A stretch of 63,572 bases of DNA, filler included, from Licmophora abbreviata (GCA_900291995.1; 13 parts of 13 records of this genome joined end to end with filler, not necessarily neighbours in it); one strand, 5' to 3'; shown: positions 49,561-61,418, counted from the whole stretch's first letter. Program-made: numbers and translations. Notes: generated by a model not told the origin, from the letters alone.

Positions 49561-50551
49561 ATGATGATCACTGCTGCCATGAGGGCTTTCCTCGTACTCT
49601 CCCTAATGGTGCAACGGATAACAAGTTTCTCGATACGACCAACTAAATGCTTGTCTTTGCGATCGACTGCGATGGCTTTCTGTTCGACTTCGACGATTGA
49701 TGTGCCGTCGTCGCACGACGAGCTATCCATTACCAGGAAAGATGTCCCGGCCGTGACTACTTCATCTGCATGGTACGATCGATTGGACGAACTACGAGCA
49801 TACAAACAGAAATATGGGGACTGTCTTGTTCCTAGGCGTTACGATGAGAATCCTACACTCGGAAATTGGGTCAACAAGCAGCGGCAGCTCTATCGAAGAC
49901 GTCAGCGAGGCCAATCGTCCTCCATGACAGTGGAGCGTATCGATCTTTTGAACGAATTGAAGTTTGTCTGGAACGCATCTGGAACTAAGTCTCCTCGAAA
50001 CTCCCAAAAGGACAGGTCCTGGTGGAAGCGGTATGAGGAGCTGAAGCTTCATCTATCGAACGAAAATTGCAGTTTAGATTCCCTTCCATCGGGATCGTCT
50101 CTTGGGTTTTGGGTCCACCGTCAACGCAACGAATACGAATTGCTTGAGACTGGAAAACGGTCGATCTTAACACAAGAACGAGTCAAGGCGTTGCGTGTGA
50201 TTGGCTTTGAATGGAAACCCCGACGGGAACGAGCATGGGAGAAGCACGTCCGCGAGCTATTGGAATACAAAGGTGAGAAAGATTGACCACCATATCGATG
50301 CGCTCGTATCAAATAGCATCTCACCAGTGCGATTTTCCATATATATAGAAAAACACGGTGACTGTATTGTACCAATTTCGTACAAGGAGAATGCGTCGTT
50401 GGCGAACTGGGTGTCCAACATGCGGAAGCAGTACAATCTGAGAGCAGCAGGAAAGCCATCGTTGTTGAACGACGATCGCATCCAACAGCTGGAGCAAATT
50501 GGTTTTGTGTGGAATCGATGGGAGCACGAGTTTCGACAAAAAGACATATGA
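49561..50551 (+). CDS. helicase-associated (HA) repeat protein, three repeats, probably plastid-targeted
   Basis: Three W..R..EL..YK..GDC.VP...LG.WV..QR...R...L..LGF.W units; intron 50273-50348; signal peptide followed by ITS-FSIR. Confidence 0.85.
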
Positions 50552-50846
50552 CATGCGTCAAATGAATGACAGCTAGAAGGAGGGAAAGGACCAAGCATCG
50601 GACGATTGTTATCCTTTGTTAGCTTTCCCTAGTCGAATGAATCGATTGTTTTCTCACATAGTTCCGGATGATGGACAGACTTTCGGGCGAAGCTGCCGTT
50701 CATGTCACGAGACGATCACGCGCGAGACGCCATCTTTTCTAGCGATGACACTCAAAGGCTCACATTATGCCCACCGCCGACATGGAGCTTCACGCGAACG
50801 ACACTTGAACTCAGATCTTGCCGTTTTGTTCCCTCTGCTGTTGACG

Positions 50847-52115
50847 ATGAACCATCGACGAAACGATTCTTTCCGGGCTCTCTCGCTACGAGCCGTTGCG
50901 CTCGTGTTTATCGTAGCCCTTCTGTACGTTGCGATCGTGTCGAACTACATTGCTCATCAAAATCTCAGCATTCTCCATCTCTCCGCAACCTCCGACCCTT
51001 GGAGTAAAGTCAATTCATCAGCATTGACTCATCTTACTGATGAGCTCAATGTTCCCATCCCACGAAGGCGAGATGGGAGTGTCATGTCTATAGAGGAGCG
51101 ACTTCGATACCTTGAATTGAAGTTCAATTCGTATTCTAACTTTGGAGTACGAGATCCGTTCATTGGTTCTAAAGTGCACAAGTCAAGTTGCAAAAATAAA
51201 TCCATCCTGGACGAGTTTGGGTGCCGTATAGGATGGGAGGGTGTCAGTGAGTCGCTCATTGCACGGAAGTGTGGTGGCCTGTTCGACCACACGATCTGTC
51301 TCGATGGGTTGCCTGAACCTGCAATTCAAGCAGAGAGCGACCCTGTACCACCCATTCGCGAGCAGAAGGAAAGTTCAGCTCCATGTCTGGTATACGACTT
51401 TGGAATCCGGCAACAGCCTCAGGTTGGTGCCGTCATGGCTCGCTCCTTTGGTTGTGAGGTACACGCCTTCGATCCTTCGCCGGTATCACAAAAATGGTGG
51501 GCTGGCGACGGAGCCGCTCAGCTACGAAAGTTGCCCAACTATTACTTTCATCCATATGGCGCTGGAGGCATCGATGGAACTGTTTCGCTCAACGACTACG
51601 ACTGGGGCCAAGTCAGTATCATGAAGTATCCTCGATACATTATTGACTGTGGTGACTTGTGGAACCAAACACGAAACTGTAGGCACAAAAAGGGAGCGGT
51701 AGCACAAGGGAGTGTAGATCTTGAAGTCAAGACTCTTCCTACCATCATGCGTGAGTTGAACCATCAAGGGCGCAAGATTGATTTGCTAAAGGTTGACGTG
51801 GAGGGATCGGAGTTTGCGTTTCTGGAGAATATGCTCGACTCGCAGGGCGGATGTCCTGACTATATTGAGCAGCTTACGTTGGAGTGGCATCATTTTACTT
51901 GGGATGTTCGATACGGAGAGGGCAGCAGTCCGCCTATCAATGCTATTGTGACACTGCTGCAAGCATGTGGATTGCAGCTCTGGGATATTTTCAGTCAGGG
52001 TGGGTGGCCCACGGTAGACAGGGACTTTTACAAGATGGGTCTCAAGGACGTGCGATACAATGTTGCGTCCTTTCGACGGGAGCCTACGACGAAAGCTGAC
52101 GCATCAGATCGATAG
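50847..52115 (+). CDS. Methyltransf_22/FkbM-like type II membrane methyltransferase, paralog 2
   Basis: Same motifs as 47944-49236 (CLVYDFGIR, FGCEVHAFDPSPVS, DVEGSEFAFLEN, QLTLEWHHF); likely ATG at 50847. Confidence 0.85.
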   Translation: MNHRRNDSFRALSLRAVALVFIVALLYVAIVSNYIAHQNLSILHLSATSDPWSKVNSSALTHLTDELNVPIPRRRDGSVMSIEERLRYLELKFNSYSNFGVRDPFIGSKVHKSSCKNKSILDEFGCRIGWEGVSESLIARKCGGLFDHTICLDGLPEPAIQAESDPVPPIREQKESSAPCLVYDFGIRQQPQVGAVMARSFGCEVHAFDPSPVSQKWWAGDGAAQLRKLPNYYFHPYGAGGIDGTVSLNDYDWGQVSIMKYPRYIIDCGDLWNQTRNCRHKKGAVAQGSVDLEVKTLPTIMRELNHQGRKIDLLKVDVEGSEFAFLENMLDSQGGCPDYIEQLTLEWHHFTWDVRYGEGSSPPINAIVTLLQACGLQLWDIFSQGGWPTVDRDFYKMGLKDVRYNVASFRREPTTKADASDR

Positions 52116-52399
52116 AGCCGGTCAGTACTGAGGAGCTTGTCCCGCTTGTCTCCCGTCGGTGTTCACAACGCTACAGAACCGCGTGCACGAACTACGGTCG
52201 TCGTCACTTGTCAGATGAGTCTTGTGTATCAACGGACGTATCGATGCTCATGTTGAGCTAGGGAAAGTAAAGCTAGACTTGAGAGAAAAGGATTCCTATG
52301 GAACAGATTACGTGGTAGCACAGAAGCGTGTCGTATCAAGCTAGCACCATCTCGCCTCTTGGTCATCTCATGAACACCATCCCGTGATTCGTTCCCCTC

Positions 52400-52819
52400 T
52401 TACGCTCCACCGACATGTCCTGCAAGAAGCGTCGCGATGTCGACAGCATCAACAGAAGTCCCGGAATCCTCAGCCTGCTGCTGCATGAACCGATGCGTGA
52501 CACCTTCGACATCCGGCACGACTTGTTCCAAACGACGCGCTTCTTCGCGCTGGTTGTGCTGCACGCCCATGTATGCGACACGGATACGCTCCGCACACTG
52601 CATGTATGCATCAATCTCGTTGATAAGCTTCTCGGTAGAGCCCTTGACGGTGTTGAGAATCGTTTCGAACGCCTGCGTCGTGTTGCGAAGAATGTCTTCG
52701 TTCGGCGTCGTGGTGGTGGTGCTGTTGCTGGTGTCACTGGTGGTGGTGATGGCGGTCATAGTCATCGGAGTCGTGTGGGGCACTCCAGCCTGTTCAACGG
52801 TCGAGTCAGGGTTCATCAT
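52400..52819 (-). CDS. small hypothetical coiled-coil protein
   Basis: ATG-initiated ORF with Thr-rich N-terminus and a long amphipathic helical core; no family recognised. Confidence 0.55.
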   Translation of the reverse strand: MMNPDSTVEQAGVPHTTPMTMTAITTTSDTSNSTTTTTPNEDILRNTTQAFETILNTVKGSTEKLINEIDAYMQCAERIRVAYMGVQHNQREEARRLEQVVPDVEGVTHRFMQQQAEDSGTSVDAVDIATLLAGHVGGA

Positions 52820-53259
52820 GTTGGCGGTGGTTGGCAAGGAATGGATATGTGAACAGTCGAGCAGCAATGTGAGAGACCAACGACAACGCCTTTGTGTGTC
52901 ATCGCGAAGACTTTTTTGGCGCGCCGCGTCCCAATGACATCCCAGTGACGAGCTCTATTTTCCGTTTTAAAAACAGGTGACCCGGACTTCGCGCCTACGT
53001 CATCGTCGCAATCGACGACGAGAACGCCCACTCGTAAAGACTCTACGTGAATCTTACGTACGTCGTTCACCACGTAAAAATTCTTCGTCTTCATCGGCAT
53101 TTTCATCGGCGCGAGAAAATTGGAGGTGTTTGCGTGCTGTGCTGGCCACACCAGAAGACTCTCGCAGTCTGCTTTTGTTGCTGTGTAGCGGTACTTTGCT
53201 CTTTGCTTCGCCGCAATTCTTCTTGCTGCTGCTGCTGTCGATTTATCATCATCATCAAT

Positions 53260-54502
53260 ATGACAAGCAAAGGATTCGCAAAGACGGCAGAGCCTTTCGT
53301 GTGCGGAGGATCTGCGGCAACGTTTGCAAGTTGCGTCATTCACCCGATCGATCTAGCCAAGGTCCGTAGTTTTAATCCTTTGTATTTCTGCTTTATACAC
53401 ATTGCTTCGCAATAGTATTGATATTGTGCAATGACCTTGCTATGGGAATGGCGAGAGAAACCGAACGAATTGGTGGAGGAAAACGAAACTTCTCCGGTCT
53501 ACTTCGTCTACAGCCATTCGAGTTCCCAGAAGGCTTTTGTTTCACTTCGGTCTTTTTTCTAACACCCGCTTTCTTCTGCTTCCCTTCTACGCACAGGTTC
53601 GCATGCAGCTCTATGGACAGCTCAATCCTGGAAAGAAGGTTCCGTCCTTTCCGGCCTTGCTCAAAGGGATGGTTGCTCGAGACGGCATCCTCAGTATCTA
53701 CAAGGGCGTCGACGCCGCCATTGGACGACAGATGGTCTATGGGACAGCCCGTATTGGATTGCATCGAACCTTTAGCGACAAACTGGTGGAACTCAACGAT
53801 GGAAAGCCCATTAACTTTCTGCAAAAGACCCTCTCCGGTATGGCTAGTGGATCGGTTGCGGTCTGTATCGGTACGCCCTTTGATATCGCTCTTGTGCGAC
53901 TGCAAGCCGATAGTATGGCGCCTGTGGAGGAACGAAGGAACTACAAGAATGTCTTTGATGTAAGTTCAAAAACTGACGATATATTTGGCTGCTCGCAGTA
54001 GAAGCTGAGATGACGCGGACAGTCATGATTGTGTCGCTCATTGCTCCTTGGCTCATCGTACTTACTCCGTTGCTTGTATTTTTCCCTCGTCACGCAGGCT
54101 CTCATCCGAACAACGCGAGAGGAGGGCATTGGCAGTCTGTACAAAGGGTTGGCTCCGAATATTCTCAGAGGAATGGCCATGAATGTGGGCATGCTTGCCT
54201 GTTATGATCAAGCAAAGGAAGTCGTTGCCAAAGTGCTCAACGATGACATGGTCGGCGGACCGTCGCTTCCCACCAAGATGGGATCGTCTGCCATTGCGGT
54301 ACGTTATTTTCTTTCCTTTCGGCGTAGTCTTGAGAGTCTAGAGTGTATGCTTCGTACCCAAGCACTCACTCGTGTGTCTCTCAAAACTTGTTTGCTTTTT
54401 CAATCATCCTTTGTTGTAACAGGGCTTTACGGCCGCACTATTCTCTTTGCCGTTCGACTTGATCAAATCTCGCCTCATGGCGCAAAAGCCGGACGTGGAC
54501 AC
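53260..54502 (+). CDS. mitochondrial carrier, dicarboxylate/tricarboxylate or 2-oxoglutarate/malate type, 3' partial
   Basis: Three PxD signatures (HPIDLAK|VRMQL, TPFDIALVRLQAD, LPFDLIKSRL); RQMVYGTARIG, RRNYKNVFD; introns 53362-53596, 53960-54097, 54299-54422. Confidence 0.93.
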
Positions 54503-54602
54503 NNNNNNNNNNNNNNNNNNNNNNNNNNNNNNNNNNNNNNNNNNNNTTAATTAATTAANNNNNNNNNNNNNNNNNNNNNNNNNNNNNNNNNNNNNNNNNN
54601 NN
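54503..54602. other. assembly spacer
   Basis: 44N-TTAATTAATTAA-44N. Confidence 0.98.
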
Positions 54603-54953
54603 ATGCGCACCGCATGCCATGATTATCCTCATTTCGATCGAGTCTATTACAGCGTCCTACCGAAAGACGTTCTATTAGAGTGTTGAAAGAGTTGGATGCG
54701 TTGTTCATGCCATAATACTAATGATCGATCACGGAGAGTAGTGGCGAACAAGTTTTGTGTCTACCTGGTACTCGCTATGTAGGTAGAATTCATTGCCGTT
54801 TTCCTTAACACCACGAAGGCACACGACATCACCGGAACTCAAAAGACAATTATATGTACACCCGCCCGACTACAAGGACTTATCTAGAGTAGAGTGGCTT
54901 GCGTCTCATGCTCTCGCTACATACATAGCTAGCTAGTATGTTAGAAACAGAGT

Positions 54954-56550
54954 TCAACTACTAGTGCTACGACCACTTTGCGCTGCTGCCGCCAGATGGG
55001 CATCGCTTCCGCCAAACAGAGTACTCAGAACGAATCTAAAAAGAAAGAGACGACGACAAAGAGAATAAAGTGAGTAAAACTTCAATCAAACTGATCTGTC
55101 GCAAGTATTCAAAACGCATACAGGCAGGCACCATCACTGCCGTCGTCGTCAAAACTTACGCTTGACTCAATAGTATCTCCACTTCCGTGTCACTCCAATC
55201 GTCCGTCGGGATGTGCTGCATAAATCCAAAGAGTTCATCGAACTCCATCCTTTGGAGCTGACTACTGAACTGACAAAGAAATGCCGCACAGACGTATACA
55301 TGAAAGTCTTCAAAGCCCCCGTCGCCTTCGCTAATGTACGTGTCCCACAATCGCATGACACAAGAGAGATTGAACTCTCGAAGTAAGAGACAATTCATCC
55401 ATTTGAAGGAGAACTGTAAGAATTCGATATTGACATTGCGCAAGTGTTGTGTCAAGTCCGCGTCAATGCGAGTGACCAACTCTTCGAGTCGCATGACCAT
55501 TCGTTGCACTCCGGGCTGGTCGGAGGTGTAGTGGTCCTGAATGCCAGCCAAGAGGTTTGTGAGACACCAATAGCAGTCGGCTTCGATCTACAATTGATAC
55601 GTGAAAGATTGAAAAAAAGGTTAGCAGTGTCAACACGTACTTGACACTCGACATGATTCTCTCTACTCTTCTTTCAAACATGAGGCACTCACATGTTCCA
55701 TCATATCGGTAGTAACATCTTCCATGACACTCCCATCCATGACATCTTGTCCATGAAAGTATTCCGTCAAGAATACTGTAATGAGGGGCGTGGCCAAGTC
55801 ATTGATGCCCTGAACATAGCTACTGGCCGGATGTCGCATGGCCCAAATATATAAGAGTCGGGTGAGACTCCTTCGAATCCGTTCGTTCCGAAAGAGCGGC
55901 ACCTCCGGTGCCGTCCGGGGTACATCGACGAGGACCTGGCGCAAGGTTTCCTGTTCCTGCAGTGTCCTCGTATCATCGTCAATGTCATAATGCTGTGCAA
56001 TAGCATCCTTGTATTCCGCTCGCTTTCGTTGCAGTGTGTGTTGACGTCGTCCGGCATGGACGGGTACGTATCCGAGCATGAGTTTCCAAGCCTGCGCGCG
56101 GTGTTGAGGAGGAATTCCGTTCCATCCGAGACGACGGAGGTCGCTCATGTTGACGACATCGGCAGCAATGGCCTTTTCGAAGACCGCTTCCTTGTAGCTG
56201 ACGGTGCGTTTGAGACTGTTGCTTTTGAGTGGAAGAGGAGGAGGGATTTTGGTAGCGCCCTCCTTATTCTCGTGAGAGGTGGTCGTTGTTTCTGTGGCTG
56301 CTGCGTTGGATTGTTTCGCGAGTGCAGGATCAACGACCCTACTGCTCTCGACTGTGGAGACATCGATGGCTGGTGTGTCTGTCGTGGAATGAGTTTCGGC
56401 AGGATTGTCGTGGTGACTATCGCCTTCCCCCACACTACTACTACTCGTCTTACCATCACTTTCGTCGTCGTCGTCGTCGTCGTACGAGTCTTGCAGTCGT
56501 AAACTGCGCCTCAGGAATCCAGGAAGACCCTTGCGTGGACCATCCGACAT
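54954..56550 (-). CDS. TBC-domain Rab GAP, TBC1D22/Gyp1-like
   Basis: WNGIP, QVLVDVPRT, RHPASSYVQGINDL, IEADCYWCL, LQFSFKWMNCLLLRE, RLWDTY; introns 55588-55692 and 55036-55159. Confidence 0.95.
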
Positions 56551-56871
56551 ACTGCGATGGTCTATTTCTTTCTAGAAAGCAACGATGGAAGGATCAAAGA
56601 CAGATTGCAGTCTTCGTCGCTGTCGTCCCATGTATAATATGTTGCTTGTGGCTTTTTGGTCTTTTTTTTCACATCGATCGAGAAGGTCTTTCTACAGGGA
56701 ATCTGGAACTTCATATTCACATGCACTTACTCTCGCATCATCACCAAAGAAAAAGTTAGTTTTGCTCCAACGTTCCACCACAACAAACATCACCTTTGGA
56801 GACGCGACGACACTATTGCTCCTATCTTTTGTAGTCTACGACATCGACGACGAACGCCGTAACAACCAATC

Positions 56872-58650
56872 ATGTCGCGTGCAGCGCTGTGGCGACAAGA
56901 AAACAACGTGCAGGAGCGACAGCGTCAAGCGCAAGATACCTTTCTGGCGGCAGTCGAAGAAGGACGGGTGAGTGAGTGTCTGAACCAGCAGCAGCACATC
57001 ACTTTTTACAGTGTTCCAGTTTCTCGTATCAACGAAAGCGTCGTGTGTGTCTTGCTATTCCTAGCGTACATTCCGGAACTCATACAGTACGAGTACTCAT
57101 CATCCACTCGTCCCCATTCCATCAATCCGTATCTTTAGAACAATCGCGCTCGCAATCTCCTTCCACTGCACGGACCAGACGATACTTTCAACTTGAATCC
57201 CATGCTGCTGGAGAGCATTGTTAAATCACAGTACTTTACAAAGTGCTGCAGGGAGATTCACGATTGGAATGCGCTTGTCGACGAAGTATACTATCAAGTC
57301 AAGCATTTGGAACCATGGACAGTAGGTGAGTGAGTCACAGTGTGAGTCATGATTTTNNNNNNNNNNNNNNNNNNNNNNNNNNNNNNNNNNNNNNNNNNNN
57401 TTAATTAATTAANNNNNNNNNNNNNNNNNNNNNNNNNNNNNNNNNNNNNNNNNNNNCTCTTACTCCAACACCAGGATTCGCCCTACATTCCATGCATTGG
57501 ATTCTTGTATTTGCGCTACACATGTCCACCCCATGTATTGTACGGATGGATGGAACCCTACTTGTATAGTGGTGATCATGACGAGGCAGTATTGGTGCAA
57601 GTGACAGCAACAGCAGGATCGCGTCAGGGAAGCATGACGATTGGGGCCTTTGTGCGGAGTCTCTTGACGAACATGGACTACTACGGGACTAGACTTCCGC
57701 GATTGCCGGTACAGGTCGAACGAGATATCAAGGTCAAATTGTTGCAAGCGGAACACTCCGAGAACAGAGCCAAGAGTCATTTGGGAGATGAGCGCGTGAT
57801 GGAACACTTTCGGACCTTGGGAAGTCGTGTGCGGGCCTTGTATGGGGACGACGAGAATCCAGTCACGTGGTACGATGCAGTGGTGGATCGTGTCATTACG
57901 AAGGATGAAAATGACGATGAGACTGTGGCAAGTGGAAGATCATTGCTCAAGCGGCCCAAGTTTGTTGTCACCTTTCCAGAATATGGCAATACGGAGGTTG
58001 TGACGCTTGGAGAAATGGATATGCCCGATGGGAGGAGCAGCGGCAACACCCACAATCATCAGGGAAGTGGCCGTGGCAGTGGTAACTCGTCGTCGGGGAG
58101 GAGCGACGTTGGGGTAGCGAGAAGAGGGAATGATGCTCGACGACCAAGGGACGATCGTAATGGCGGCGACAATTATCGTCGTCATACTGGTGGAGACAGA
58201 GGATATGCCAACCGACCTCCTGTGGACCGCCACCACGGAGGGCGTCATCATGACGATGATCGATGGGAACGACGCGGCAACAATCGCCACGGATGGGACG
58301 GGAGACATGAACGAGATTCGAGAAATTCTGCTCCATCCGAGAAGGATCTGCTGGAACAAGTGCTGCGCCAAGAGCGTGAACAGAGTACCAGCAACCGCAG
58401 CAGCAATAGGGGGCATCACGACTCGCGTAGTCGAGCAAGTACTAAGCGCTCGCCCCCTCGTGATTATGGAGATGGTGATCGAGGACTTGCTTCTGGCAAC
58501 AAGCGCCCTGCTTCTACTGAGAGTCATGCGACGGCTCCATCCGCTACAACGTCGTCATCAGAATCGGTCGCTCCACCACGCGCCAAAAGCGCCCAAGAAT
58601 TGGCTGCTATTGCCGAGAAGAAGCGAAAGCTCGTGGCCAAGTATGGCTAG
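56872..58650 (+). CDS. pre-mRNA splicing factor PRP38B-like with Tudor-like domain, spans assembly gap
   Basis: Exons 56872-56967, 57139-57325 (FNLNPMLLESI..SQYF, LVDEVYYQVKHLEPW) and 57475-58650 (DSPYI.CIGFLYLRY, YYGTRLPRLPV); R/D/G-rich tail. Confidence 0.88.
57357..57456. other. assembly spacer
   Basis: 44N-TTAATTAATTAA-44N, inside the PRP38-like gene. Confidence 0.98.
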
Positions 58651-58862
58651 ATTATGCTGCTGAGGGGATCAGCATACTACTAGTAGTAAGATAGTTGTAC
58701 ACAACTTTAGAATAGCTCAGCTTTGATTCCGTCGGAACTCTCATGTCGCACAGAGCTCGCAATGAAATACACGCACCATTTTTGCGGCACAACGCCATCA
58801 AGAAGAGCAGCTACAACTAGCAATTAGGTCATCGTAGATGTTTCATTCCTTCTCTCGCGATC

Positions 58863-59768
58863 ATGTCTGGTCGTCTCATTATTCTCCCAAAAAAGTCCTA
58901 TTGTCCATGGAAACCTGAAAATGTGGAACGAGTTTTGCGAGACGAGAGACAAGCGCGGGAGAGACAGGAAGGAGAAGCAGCGGAACAGCAAGAGCACGAA
59001 TCACGACAGCGACTGGACGCATTGAAGAAACAACAACGCAGGAGTGGTTCATCCTCGAATCATAATGATGATGATGATGAAAAGACGAATCGGCATGTCA
59101 ACCTGTTTGCCATGGAGGAGCAGGCGATGCTGCACAAGACGCTGACTGGCCATCAGTCTGAGGGACGGGCACAACAACAACAAGTCGGCGTGATGCCCGT
59201 TCGTCTCGACAAGGTCAAAGTACAAGGCGATAAGCCGTTCTATGTTCGTCGGGAACGATTTCAGATCGACCCTTCCAAAGATGGTAGACGAAAAGCTAGT
59301 ATGGATCCAATGAAGGCGTTTGTGCGCCATGGCGCTGGTGGGGATGCTTGCGCGACCTTATTAGAGGTAGGCACTCGTCATCGTCGACCTGAGGAGGTAA
59401 ACGATGGCGACAGGACGAAAGATGATGCGTCTCGCAGGCGTGGAGACAGATTAAGCCACCATTGTACGCGTCGTCGCCTGGAACGACCGTCTTGTCACGA
59501 CGATTCGGACTCACAGTCGTCATCAAGGCGAGCAACGCGGCACAAGAAGAAGCGACGTCGTGAATCCAAGAGACGGAGCAAGAGTAGACAGAAGCGTCAC
59601 GACGGAAGCATGGAAAATAGGAACGCGACAATCGAAGGGCTTCGTCGTAGACGACAAGAGCGGGAACAGATTGAATCGCACCGTGAGGCGGCGTTGATAA
59701 ATCCTGGACGCTGTGGTCGCGACCACCAGTATCAGAATCAATACAATCCCGGTTTGAGCCGAAGATAG
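58863..59768 (+). CDS. Cir_N domain protein, LENG1-like
   Basis: ILPKKSY.PW..ENVERVLRDE at the N-terminus, HVNLF, MDPM, IEGLRRRR.ERE..E, C-terminal YQNQYNP. Confidence 0.8.
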   Translation: MSGRLIILPKKSYCPWKPENVERVLRDERQARERQEGEAAEQQEHESRQRLDALKKQQRRSGSSSNHNDDDDEKTNRHVNLFAMEEQAMLHKTLTGHQSEGRAQQQQVGVMPVRLDKVKVQGDKPFYVRRERFQIDPSKDGRRKASMDPMKAFVRHGAGGDACATLLEVGTRHRRPEEVNDGDRTKDDASRRRGDRLSHHCTRRRLERPSCHDDSDSQSSSRRATRHKKKRRRESKRRSKSRQKRHDGSMENRNATIEGLRRRRQEREQIESHREAALINPGRCGRDHQYQNQYNPGLSRR

Positions 59769-59858
59769 TGCGTCAATGCCGAGTCAAAGAGACCACTAAT
59801 GATGTAGCCCAGAAAAACCTGTAACATTAGCTTTAGAAGAACCAGTACTGCAGAACAA

Positions 59859-61418
59859 TTAAGACGGCTTGAAGTCAATGATTGACACGACGTTCGACGA
59901 AAAGCATGCCGCCACTCGGGTCTCTTCGATATTCCAGGCGACTTCGAAAATATCTCCCTTCCCCTTGAAACTCTTCACATGTTTCCCCTCTCGAACGTTC
60001 CAAATGTACAACTGACCGGCAAGCGACCCACTAGCGAGATAGTCTCCTGACGGCGAGAACGCAACAGAATACACCGAATCACGATGCCGAGAAAAGATCT
60101 GTATGCACGTTCCGCTCTCTGCATCCCATAATCGTACAGAGCCGTCGAAAGAAGCAGAGGCGAGCATCCTGTCCTTTTTCGGATTCGCCGACCCAGGACC
60201 AGTTGGGCTCCATTTCACGGTGTAGATTTCTTGTTGATGACTCTTAAAGTCGTGGAGCGGGCCAGTTCTATCGCTGTTGACGTCCCACACCTTGGCCGTG
60301 CAGTCGTCAGAGCAGCTTGCGAGTAGAGCCCCCGAAGGATCCCACTTGACAGCATTAACTTCGTCTGTATGACCAGTGTAGCTCCGCAGCGGCTTTTGTA
60401 CTCCGACTTGACAAATGTTGACCGTCTTGTCAGTCGAGCAGGAGGCAAACGTAATGTCATCCTTCCAGTCCACGTCCAGTGCAGGTGCAAGATGGTCGCT
60501 GAACTGCTGCTGAACGAAGCCTGAATCTCCCGACACGTCCCATACAATTGTCGTTTTATCGTAGCTTCCTGACAGAAGATAGTTGCCACGGGGGTTCCAT
60601 TTGAGCGAGAAGATCGGTCCGCGGTGGCCTCGCAGCGTGTGAACAAGATTGCCAGTTCGACTCCACACACGGGCGACACCGTCATAGCTACCAGTGGCGA
60701 GGAGAGTTCCATCCGACGACCACTCCAAGGTCGTCACGTCCTTGTTCTTTCGGTCGCCCGGTTCCGTCCCGTGTGGTAGCAAACGGACCGGCCCGCAGCC
60801 AGCAGCCGCATCCGGTCCGCCCATTTGCCATATCCTGGCCGACGCGTCGCCACTGCCGGTTGCTATCAAGTCTGTGTAGATGGGATTCCACGCACACATA
60901 AACACTTCCGAAGCGTGTTTTCTTAATTCAAGCACTTCGGACGATGCCGCTTCAGTCTTCTCGTCTTCTTCTTCGATCTGACGCTCTTCTTCTTCCGACA
61001 TCCGTGGTGCCCCAGCAGCTAAGGTCGCCGCTGCTTCGGCTTGACCATTAAGAGGAACGTTCCGAATGCCGCCATTTTGATCAACTACTCGTCCGCCGTT
61101 CGAAGCCTGGTCGTTGTCGTCGACGTCCATCGGATCTTCGCCTCGCTGCCCATGGTTGGATTCCAATCGAGCGACAGCCTCTTCGAGACTTGCGAACCCT
61201 TGCCCCGAGCCTTGTTGGAGGTGCAACGCATTTTTAGACGATCCGCCCGATTTTTTTGACTTCTTCACCTTGTTGCCTCTCTGGCTCGATACTGACGCCA
61301 ATGCGGCTGCTGCACGTTCTTGTTGCTGCAGCGACGCCAACTCAGCCGCACGTTGTTGATGGACTACAAACGCGGCCGTAGGGAACTCAGACCCACTCAA
61401 CGCACCGTGTCCCCCCAC
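59859..61418 (-). CDS. TBL1/TBL1XR1/HOS15-like WD40 corepressor, 5' partial
   Basis: HASEVFMCAWNP, SGDASARIW, KDVTTLEW, ATGSYDG.ARVW, HRGPIFSLKWN, EIYTVKWSPTGPG, LASASFD, G.GDIFEV.WN. Confidence 0.93.
   Translation of the reverse strand: MGGHGALSGSEFPTAAFVVHQQRAAELASLQQQERAAAALASVSSQRGNKVKKSKKSGGSSKNALHLQQGSGQGFASLEEAVARLESNHGQRGEDPMDVDDNDQASNGGRVVDQNGGIRNVPLNGQAEAAATLAAGAPRMSEEEERQIEEEDEKTEAASSEVLELRKHASEVFMCAWNPIYTDLIATGSGDASARIWQMGGPDAAAGCGPVRLLPHGTEPGDRKNKDVTTLEWSSDGTLLATGSYDGVARVWSRTGNLVHTLRGHRGPIFSLKWNPRGNYLLSGSYDKTTIVWDVSGDSGFVQQQFSDHLAPALDVDWKDDITFASCSTDKTVNICQVGVQKPLRSYTGHTDEVNAVKWDPSGALLASCSDDCTAKVWDVNSDRTGPLHDFKSHQQEIYTVKWSPTGPGSANPKKDRMLASASFDGSVRLWDAESGTCIQIFSRHRDSVYSVAFSPSGDYLASGSLAGQLYIWNVREGKHVKSFKGKGDIFEVAWNIEETRVAACFSSNVVSIIDFKPS

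Noticed and set aside
56462..56482. (TCG)n microsatellite, also the (TCC)/(TCG) run near 4975-5005
   Set aside because: These simply encode poly-Asp/Glu tracts in TBC1D22 and GCN2.
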